Shown piece after piece: positions 55,301-64,000 of a stretch of DNA of 64,000 bases. The notes beneath the pieces are model-generated. The model was given only the letters and a program-made list of their open reading frames with translations, ran no database searches and was not told the origin of the DNA. Position 1 is the stretch's first letter; each line of letters begins with the position of its first letter. The position numbers were made by a program, and so were the translations under genes. The stretch comes from Macrostomum lignano (taxonomy: Eukaryota). Location of the stretch: positions 372,001-436,000 of the forward strand of contig NIVC01000202.1 of assembly GCA_002269645.1 (NCBI GenBank), given 5' to 3'.

Positions 55301-58300
55301 GAGCCACCATGTCGAACATAGAAGAGCCACCATGTCAAACATTAAAGAGCCACCATTTCAAACTTAAAGGAGCCACCATGTCGAAAATTAAAGAGCCACC
55401 ATGTCGAACATAAAAGAGCCACCATAGCAAACATAAAAGAGTTACCATGTCAAACATTAAAGAGCAACCATGTCGAACATTCAATAGCCACCATGTCAAA
55501 CATTAAAGAGCCACATTGTCAAGCATTAAAGACCCACCATTTCAAACCTAAAATAGTTACCATGTCAAACATTCAATAGCCACCATGTCAAACATTAAAG
55601 AGCCACCATGTCGAACATAAAAGAGCCACCATATTAAACATAAAAGAGTTACCATGTCAAACATTAAAGAGCCACCATGTCGAACATTAAAGAGCCACCA
55701 TGTCAAACATTAAAGAGCCACATTGTCAAGCATTAAAGACCCACCATTTCAAACCTAAAAGAGCCACCATGTCAAACATTAAAGAGCCACCATGTCGAAC
55801 ATTAAAGAGCCACCTTGTCAAATATTAAAGAGCCACCATTTCAAACCTAAAGAAGCCACCATGTCGAACATACAAGAGCCACCATGTCGAACATAGAAAA
55901 GCCACCATGTCAAACATTAAAGAGCCACCGTTTCAAACCTAAAAGAGCCACCATGTTAAAAATTAAAGAGCCACCATGTCAAACATAAAACAGACACCAT
56001 TAAGAACATTAAAGAGCCACCATGTCAAACCTAAAACAGCCACCATTTCGAAAATTAAGGAGCCACCATTTCGAAAATTTAAGAGCCGCTATGTTAAACA
56101 TTAAAGGGCCACCTTGTCAAATATTAAAGAGCCACCATTTCAAACCTAAAAGAGCGACCCTGTCGAACATACAAGAGCCACCATGTCGAACATAAAAGAG
56201 CCACCATGTCGAACATACAAGAGCCACCATGTCGAACATAGAAAAGCCACCATGTCGAACATAGAAAAGCCACCATGTTAAACATTAAAGAGCCAATATT
56301 TCAAACCTAAAGGAGCCACCATGTCGAACATAAAAGAGTCACCATGTTAAAAATTAAAGAGCCACCATGTCGAACATTAAAGAGCCACCATTTCAAACAT
56401 TAAAGAGCCACCATGTCAAACATTAAAGAGCCACCGGTTCAAACCTAAAAGAGCCACCATGTCGAACATTAAAGAGCCACCATGTCAAACATAAAACAGA
56501 CACCATGTCAAACATTAAAGAGCCACCATGTCAAACATTAAAGAGCCACCGGTTCAAACCTAAAAGAGCCACCATGTCGAACATTAAAAAGCCACCATGT
56601 CAAACATTAAAGAGCCACATTGTCAAACATTAAAAAGCCACCATTTCAAACCTAAAAGAGCCACCATGTCAAACATTAAAGAGCCACCATGTCAAACATT
56701 AAAGAGCCACCTTGTCAAATATTAAAGAGCCACCATTTCAAACCTAAAGAAGCCACCATGTCGAACATACAAGAGCCACCATGTCGAACATAAAAGAGCC
56801 ACCATATCAAACATAAAAGAGTTACCATGTCAAACATTAAAGAGCCACCATGTCAAACATTAAAGAGCCACCATGTCGAACATAAAAGAGCCACCATATC
56901 AAACATAAAAGAGTTACCATGTCAAACATTAAAGAGCCACCATGTCGAACATTAAAGAGCCACCATGTCAAACATTAAAGAGCCACATTGTCAAGCATTA
57001 AAGACCCACCATTTCAAACCTAAAAGAGCCACCATGTCGAACATTAAAGAGCCACCTTGTCAAATATTAAAGAGCCACCATTTCAAACCTAAAGAAGCCA
57101 CCATGTCGAACATACAAGAGCCACCATGTCGAACATAAAAGAGCCACCATATCAAACATAAAAGAGTTACCATGTTAAAAATTAAAGAGCCACCATGTCG
57201 AACATAAAAGAGCAACCATGTCAAACATAAAACAGACACCATTAAGAACATTAAAGAGCCACCATGTCGAACATTAAAGAGCCACCATGTCAAATATAAA
57301 ACAGCCACCATTTCGAAAATTTAAGAGCCGCCATGTTAAACATTAAAGGGCCACCTTGTCAAATATTAAAGAGCCACCATTTCAAACCTAAAAGAGCGAC
57401 CCTGTCGAACATACAAGAGCCACAATGTCGAACATAAAAGAGCAGCTATGTAGAACATAAAAGAGCCACCATGTCAAACATAAAAAAGCCACCATGTCAA
57501 ACATAAAAGAGCCAACATGAAGAACATTAAAGAGCCACCATGTCGACCATTAAAAGAGCCACCATGTCGAACATACAAGAGCCACCATGTCGAACATAGA
57601 AAAGCCACCATGTCGAACATAGAAAAGCCACCATGTTAAACATTAAAGAGCCAATATTTCAAACCTTAAGGAGCCACCATGTCGAACATAAAAGAGTCAC
57701 CATGTTAAAAATTAAAGAGCCACCATGTCGAACATTAAAGAGCCACCATGTCGAACATTAAAGAGCCACCATGTCAAACATAAAACAGACACCATGTCAA
57801 ACATTAAAGAGCCACCGGTTCAAACCTAAAAGAGCCACCATGTCGAACATTAAAGAGCCACCTTGTCAAATATTAAAGAGCCACCATTTCAAACCTAAAG
57901 GAGCCACCATGTCGAACATTAAAAAGCCACCATGTCGAACATTAAAAAGCCAACATGTCAAACATAAAAGAGCCACCATGTCAAACCTAAAAAAGCCACC
58001 ATGTCAAACATAGAAGAGCCACCATGTCAAACATAATAGAGCCACCATGTCAAACATTAAAGAGCCACCATGTCAAACATAGAAGAGCCACTATGTCAAA
58101 CATAAAAGAGCCACCATGTCGAACATAAAAGAGTCACCATGTTAAAAATTAAAGAGCCACCATGTCGAACATTAAAGAGCCACCATGTCGAACATTAAAG
58201 AACCACCATGTCTAACATTAAAGAGCCACCATATCAAACATAAAAGAGTTACCATGTCAAACATTAAAGAGCCACCATGTCGAACATTAAAGAGCCACCA

Positions 58301-58935
58301 TATCAAACATAAAACAGACACCATGTCAAACATTAAAGAGCCACCATGTCGAACATTAAAGAGCCACCATGTCAAACATAAAACAGCCACCATTTCGAAA
58401 ATTAAGGAGCCACCATTTCGAAAATTAAAGAGCCGCCATGTTAACCATTAAAGGGCCACCATGTCAAACATTAAAGAGCCACCATGTCGAACATTAAAGA
58501 GCCACCATGTCAAACATAAAACAGCCACCATTTCGAAAATTAAGGAGCCACCATTTCGAAAATTAAAGAGCCGCCATGTTAACCATTAAAGGGCCACCAT
58601 GTCAAACATTAAAGAGCCACCATGTCGAACATAAAAGAGCCACCATGTCGAACATTAAAGAGCCACCATGTCAAACATTAAAGAGCCACCGGTTCAAACC
58701 TAAAAGAGCCACCATGTCGAACATTAAAAAGCCACCGTGTCGAACATAAAAAAGTCAACATGTCAAACATAAAAGAGCCACCATGTCAAACCTAAAAAAG
58801 CCACCATGTCAAACATAGAAGAGCCACCATGTCGAACATAAAAGAGCCACTATGTCAAACATAAAAGAGCCACCATGTCAAACATAGAAGAGCCACTATG
58901 TCAAACATAAAATAGCCACCATGTCAAACATTCAA
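49365..58935. repeat. 9.6-kb satellite of a 23-bp unit (AAAGAGCCACCATGTCGAACATT), ~415 copies with a 2439-bp higher-order repeat, intron 1
   Basis: Diagnostic variant blocks recur at +2439 (49733 to 52172; 54621 to 57060), with an extra 897-bp duplication (52594 to 53491). Confidence 0.97.
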
Positions 58936-59044
58936 GATATCCAATTTCAAATGTAAAGGTATAAAGCGCCATGCCAATTTAAAGGAGCCACTATAAAGCT
59001 AAGGAAATTGTCGCTCTAGCTACTTATTGTCTGGTGGATGGTTG

Positions 59045-59570
59045 CTATTTGGGGATGCTATCTATCTTGGGGATGCTTGCTATTTGGAGGATGCTTGCTT
59101 TCTGGGGGATGCTTGCTATCTGGGGAATGCTTGCTATCTGGGGAATGCTTGCTATCTGGGGGATGCTTGCTATCTGGGGGATGCTTGCTATCTGAGGGAT
59201 GCTTGCTATCTGAGTGATGCTTGCTATCTGGGGGATGCTTGCTATCTGGGGTATGCTTGCTATCTGAGGGATGCTTGCTATCTTGGGGTATGCTTGCTAT
59301 CTGAGGGATGCTTGCTATCTTGGGGATGCTTGCTATCTGGGGATGCTTGCTATCTGCGGAATGCTTGCTATCTGGGGAATGCTTGCTATCTGGGGGATGT
59401 TTGCTATCTGGGGGATGCTTGCTATCTGGGGGATGCTTGCTATCTGGGGGATGCTTGCTATCTGGAGGATGCTTGCTATCTTGGGGATGCTTGCTATCTG
59501 GGAAATGCTTGCTATCTGGGAGAATGCTTGCTATCTGGAGGATGCTTGCTATCTGGGGGATGCTTGTGGT
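59045..59570. repeat. 18-bp minisatellite (GGATGCTTGCTATCTGGG), ~28 copies
   Basis: Direct reading; 6-aa periodic ORF GDACYL. Confidence 0.95.
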
Positions 59571-60234
59571 CTTGGGAAGATTTCTTATTGCAATTCACTT
59601 CATTTTAGCAGTTTGTCTGTTGCTTTTGTGAAGGATTTTTTGGCTGTCTTTTTGTTAATTGTAGAGAACAGAGATTCTATCCAGATGTCCCCCATCGGGG
59701 GGCGAAGATTGCTAGTCTTACTCACTAAAGCCGAGTTTCCAGTACCTTCCTTTCAATTCTCTGGTGAATTTATATCGCAGAAATCCCTGTTCGTGGCTAG
59801 CTTTTAGTCCAGCTCGTCCCCAGCAGCATCGCGTGCATCAAAACTTGCATTTACCGCGCACGAGCTATCAGAGCATCCCATTTATTCACTATGTATGAAG
59901 CAGAAACTTTTTGACTGTAATTAGACATAGGGCGGCGGAACACGGCATAGTTCCCAACACAAGGCGGGGAGACACCGCCATAGCTCTTACCTACTTATTG
60001 ATTAGTTTATAAATAATTTTAAAGGGACTTCATATATTCAGATATCAGGCAATCAAAAGCAAGATGTTAAGTATTTATATAAATATCAATAATAGTACAC
60101 ATTAGAAAACTGTGTTCGCGGATGCAGCAGCATCGATAGCCATAAGGCACAACCGGAATTTCTATAGACTAATTTTAGAATCAGATTTTAATATACACCG
60201 GCCCATTTATAGGTTGCTTGCTTCAACGCTAGCC

Positions 60235-60665
60235 AAGCCTTAAATGCTTCATCATGCAGTCTCAGCCTCATCTTGGGCACCCCAGCCTCCAAATGCTTCA
60301 TCATGCAGTTTAAACTTAAAATTAATTCAGACTCACCTTGGGCACCCCAGCCTCCAAATGATTCATCCTGCAGTCTCAGCCTCATCTTGGGCACCCAGCC
60401 TCCAAATACTTCCTCATGCAGTTTCAGCCTCATCTTGGGCACCCAGCCTCTAAATGCTTCATCCTGCAGTCTCAGACTCACCTTGGGCACCCCAGCCTTC
60501 AAATGCTTCATCATGCGGTCTCAGACTCACCTTGGGCACCCCAGCCTCCAAATGCTTCCTCATGCAGTTTCAGCCTCATCTTGGGCACCCAGCCTCCAAA
60601 TGCTTCATCATGCGGTCTCAGACTCACCTTGGGCACCCCAGCCTCCAAATGCTTCATCATGCGGT
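60235..60665 (-). repeat. 48/49-bp minisatellite derived from the liprin exon-1 3' end plus its 5' splice site, ~9 units
   Basis: Unit CGCATGATGAAGCATTTGGAGGCTGGGGTGCCCAAG|GTGAGTCTGAGAC; the first unit is the real exon end. Confidence 0.92.
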
Positions 60666-60930
60666 TTCTGTCCATCCGGGCAGTCTCGGCCGAGCGCTTC
60701 TCCTCGGCCAAGCGGTCTTGCGACTCGCGCAACGATTCAACCAGCCTGTCCCGCTCATCAAGCAGGCTGACCATCAGCTGTTCGGCTGCCGCTGCGCCGC
60801 TTCCGTCGTAACCGCCGTTGTCGTCGACTCCGCCGAAATAGCTACTGCCGCCACCGTCTAGGTGCCAGCTGTCGCCGCCGCCGCGACCGCTAGCGCCATC
60901 CTCAGGTATGCTAGGCAATGCGTCGCACAT
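60628..60930 (-). CDS. PPFIA: Liprin-alpha exon 1
   Basis: MCDALPSIPEDG (cf. MMCEVMPTISED) and EQLMVSLLDERDRLVESLRESQ (cf. EQLMVSMLEERDRLLDTLRETQ); donor CCC AAG|gtgagt, phase 0 to exon 2. Confidence 0.93.
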
Positions 60931-61019
60931 TAAAACAATGAAAACAAACGAAGATCGAAAACCGGGCCTCCTTGGTGCGTGGTTTTTCGCCACAGATCCA
61001 GGCAGAGCCCAACTCCGCA

Positions 61020-61050
61020 GAGTCTTCTAACAATATTATAAAAGAATTAG
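61020..61050 (-). promoter_or_regulatory. Candidate 3' splice acceptor 96 nt upstream of the liprin ATG (cis 5'-UTR intron or trans-splice site)
   Basis: CTAAT-TCTTTTATAATATTGTTAG|AAGACT; AG at 61028-61027. Confidence 0.4.
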
Positions 61051-62588
61051 CGGCGTTGGTTGCGGTGGGCGCATTGAGCTAGCTCAGAAATAGCAGGTTG
61101 AAGAAGGCATGTTTAAGATAGCTACAATTATAATTAGGCGGTCTAACATACAATAGAAAAGTTGTCGGAAGCGACAGGAATCTAATAGTCCCCTGGTGCC
61201 ATCTGTTGAAGGTGCCAACGGTGGTGAGATGATGACGGAATGCTGGAGAGACCAGCTGAGGATGTCCAGCAGTTGAGGCTTGATCAGCGAAACTAGAGAA
61301 ATTCGCAACAGGGTGTCCATAGTCACCTGGTGCCACTTTGTTGAAGGTCCAGAATCTCCGCCTGGTGAATGGTGAAGGCCAGTGAACATTTAACAACGAA
61401 GTCAGAGCTGATGCAGACACATGTGGTCGACGTGCTGATGAAATTTGGAGGCTTGGCAAGGCTGCACTGAGACTCAGTGCTGATTGTCGCTCAGGGCTGT
61501 ACTGAATACACTAGCGCTTATGGAAAAAAATCCGACCTTCTGGCAGAATCGTCGAATATCTCGACGGTCCGGAGGGCTGGCAATTTGATTCTTGTTTGAG
61601 AAGGTGCGCAACAAAAAGTTAATTTGTGTATTGTTCTTTGCGGGCGGGAAAACTGGCTTGGCATTCCTTCTGTTAATAAAGTAACAAAATTGTGATAAAA
61701 TACCCGCGTATAATAATAAGTTAAAAAAATAAGTATATTTCAACTCAGTCAAGGCTAAGCGCAGCATCATTATATGAACGAAAGTAATAGTAAAATACAG
61801 TTGAAGCAGAAGACGCAATAATAATTGTTGACATGAATTCAAATATAGATTGAACCTAAAAATAAAGACACAATACCTGATGCACAAAAGCACTGTTATT
61901 GCACATACAGCGGTATATATTAAAAACAACAATAATAATAAATAAAAATGCCGTAATTGTCAACTAGCTAGGCCAAATAACGTGACAAAAATATGAAATT
62001 TACCGAAAGAGAAGCATTCAAATTACACAATAATTGAGATAAATAGATAAAAAAGTGAAGTTACAAGCATTACGACAAAATTTTGCGTTTCGATTTCGTT
62101 AAATATAATTTATCAAACAAATGCTAACGGTTAAAAATGTTAACATGATTAAAGCATTGATTTGAATATTTTACACTGCTGCACATCGGGAGCTGAGAGG
62201 CAAAACCCATGTTGTACACATGTTGTACTACAAAAAGGAATAGGGAGATCTGGAAAGGTGCTACACAGAATCTGGGAGGCTGGAGTCAGACTCGACAGGT
62301 GGGATCTAGAAAGGTGGAGACCACATCATTCGGGATCTGGGAAGGGGGAATCACACAAATAGGGATCTGGAAAGGGGAAAGCCTCAAAAAAGGGATTTGA
62401 GAGGGGGAAAACCACACAAATAGGAATCTGGGTAGGGGAAAGCCTCAGAAAAAAGGGATTTGAGAAGGGGAAACCACACAACTAGGGATCTGGGAAGGGG
62501 AAACCACACGTAAGAAACTCGCATGGGATTAGCACCAAGCACGCCCAGAACTATTTCAGATATAGTCAGTAGATCATCATCAGAGCGG

Positions 62589-62924
62589 CTAAATTCCGTG
62601 ATTGCACAGCTGGCAGACCAGCAGCAAGTCCTCCCTAGACAGTGTAATCCGACTCCTGTGCTGGCATAGCCTGTAGGCATCGCTCAAGACCTGTACAACA
62701 TAGGCTTCGGCGGCCGTCTGCAGACAGCAAATCGCCAACGCTTGCCAAGTGTCGCCAACGCCCGGCGATACAACCAGCTGACCATTGTGCTTCAAATAGG
62801 CCGTGATCTCTTTCACTAGGCGCATAAATGGCAGCTTTCTAATTAGCAGATCAGTTGAAGATTGGAAGTAGCGAATCTGACGCTCCACGTGCTGACGCTT
62901 GCGACGATGCTGCTGCTGCGGCTG
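62589..62924 (-). CDS. CENP-A/CenH3-like histone H3 variant, histone-fold exon
   Basis: RQIRYFQSSTDLLIRKLPFMRLVKEI...WQALAICCLQTAAEAYVVQVLSDAYRLCQHRSRITLSREDL aligns to the H3 fold. CenH3 diagnostics: no Q68 (M), W at F84, non-T at 107 (DAY, as in CENP-A) and a longer loop 1. The acceptor accaag|CAG (phase 0) is the best guess. Confidence 0.8.
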   Translation of the reverse strand, partial: QPQQQHRRKRQHVERQIRYFQSSTDLLIRKLPFMRLVKEITAYLKHNGQLVVSPGVGDTWQALAICCLQTAAEAYVVQVLSDAYRLCQHRSRITLSREDLLLVCQLCNHGI

Positions 62925-63039
62925 CTTGGTGTGGGGAGGGTTTCGATTGACGTGAGCTAGCGACAAAAGTGCAGAATGAACTATTGTAGTGGGATTCAAC
63001 TGAACGGACTTGAGCTACATTAAATAGCCATGCTTAAAA

Positions 63040-63350
63040 CATAATAATAATAATAACAATAACTGATGACACCTTGCCTTAATGGCCAGATGTGCAACCG
63101 ACAGCTCAGCCGCAGCTTTTGCGCGGCGTATCTGAAGGCTGCGTACGGCTGTTTAGTCCAAGGACTGGGGGGTCGCCACACACCCTCAATTACCCCAGCT
63201 AATGCTGGCACCCATTTTACAGCTGGGTGAACTGAAGCAATGCAGAGTTAAGTGTCTTGCTCAAGGACACAAATTGTTCCGAGTGGGTCGAAAATCGAAC
63301 CCCCGGCCTTTCAGGCGTGAGTCTGACGCTCTGACCACTAGGCTACAACC
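63040..63350 (-). mobile_element. tRNA-derived SINE (full-length copy) in the CenH3-like gene intron
   Basis: A and B boxes, GTGTCCTTGAGCAAGACACTTAAC..CAGTTCACCCAGCTGTAAAATGGG central domain and (TTA)n tail; head differs from the 29670 copy at 8 of ~70 nt. Confidence 0.85.
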
Positions 63351-63490
63351 CCAACCCCTTAAACCTAAATAGTCCTCCTTTAGCCTAAACGGTCTTCGCA
63401 AACCTAGATAGTTCTCTTAAAACGTATCAGGTACGTTTTAAAAAACGTAAAAGGTAAAAAAGTGTTATGAGAAGCAAAGGGCGCACGCAC

Positions 63491-64000
63491 CTTTCTAGCA
63501 AGCTGCTGACTCTTGCTACCACTAGGCGCTGCCGCAGTTGTCGACTTCTTCGAATGAGACGCAGAAGCAGGAGGATGAGAAGGCCTCCTGGCGGCTCTGG
63601 CTGGCTCATTTTCAGCATTATCGGCAGGCGCTGCAGCCGACAGCGAGTCATCCGAATCCACATCGTTTTCACCAGCCACAGCGGCAGGAGGCTCAGGCGA
63701 GGCGGACACGCGAGGCCTCACAACAGCAGGAGCAGCTGATCGCCTGTACGACTGACGAGCGCCGGATGAAGCGGGCGTTGCTGAAGCTTCAACCCGACGG
63801 GCTACAGGAGACGGGGCAGCAGCGGCAGCAGCGGTAGCCGGCCGATTCCTAACCGCGGCGCGGCCAATTAGGGCTGCAGCAGGTGTGCTAGATAATGGCG
63901 GAGCGAATTGAGCCGGCAGTTGGGCCGGGTCGCGGCTAGCGTTGGCTTTGTCGCCTCCGCCGCTAGTGACAACTACATTAGTTGATTTAGCGTTCAGTGG
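63491..64000 (-). CDS. CENP-A/CenH3-like gene, N-terminal tail exon (partial, runs off the window)
   Basis: 170 stop-free codons (PLNAKSTNVVVTSGGGDK...SQQLARK) ending at donor AGA AAG|gtgcgt, phase 0; Ala/Pro/Ser/Arg-rich, as expected for a histone tail. Confidence 0.65.

Noticed and set aside
49365-58935. CRISPR-like array
   Set aside because: Units are contiguous tandem monomers with no unique spacers, there are no cas genes, and the context is eukaryotic. The same applies to the 48-, 28- and 27-bp arrays.
59027-59807. GDACYL-repeat ORFs
   Set aside because: They are by-products of the 18-bp minisatellite and lie antisense in liprin intron 1.
61474-61932. 152-aa hydrophobic ORF
   Set aside because: It lies in AT-rich intergenic sequence with a non-ATG start and no recognisable motif, and is likely spurious.

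Overview
This is eukaryotic (metazoan) genomic DNA, not prokaryotic. It has spliced genes with GT-AG introns, GC-rich Ala/Gln-rich exons, a different minisatellite in almost every intron and an interstitial (TTAGGG)n tract. The overall style resembles a repeat-rich flatworm such as Macrostomum, but that is inference only. I reconstructed three host genes, all on the minus strand, by checking splice phases by hand. (1) A CENP-A/CenH3-like histone H3 variant (62589 to beyond 64000, 5' end off-window) with a tail of at least 170 aa and a loop 1 that is 10 residues longer than in H3. (2) A 12-exon liprin-alpha (PPFIA/SYD-2) gene (60930 to 29237, about 1206 aa) with one apparent 1-nt deletion in exon 9. 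(3) A BEN-domain putative transcriptional repressor with a PLDLT CtBP-type motif (14820 to 5149, about 557 aa). Between the BEN gene and liprin lies a full-length LOA/I-group LINE (17532-22912) with endonuclease, RT, RNase H and a C-terminal Cys/His motif. It has a 10-bp target-site duplication and an overlapping TAATG stop-start located in the loop of a perfect 8-bp hairpin. The window also contains a 5'-truncated RTE-type LINE inserted in a minisatellite, two copies of a tRNA-derived SINE, several inverted-repeat (MITE/foldback) elements and a 9.6-kb 23-bp satellite with higher-order structure. One minisatellite is built from the liprin exon-1 end together with its own 5' splice site. All coordinates were counted manually, and array boundaries are approximate.
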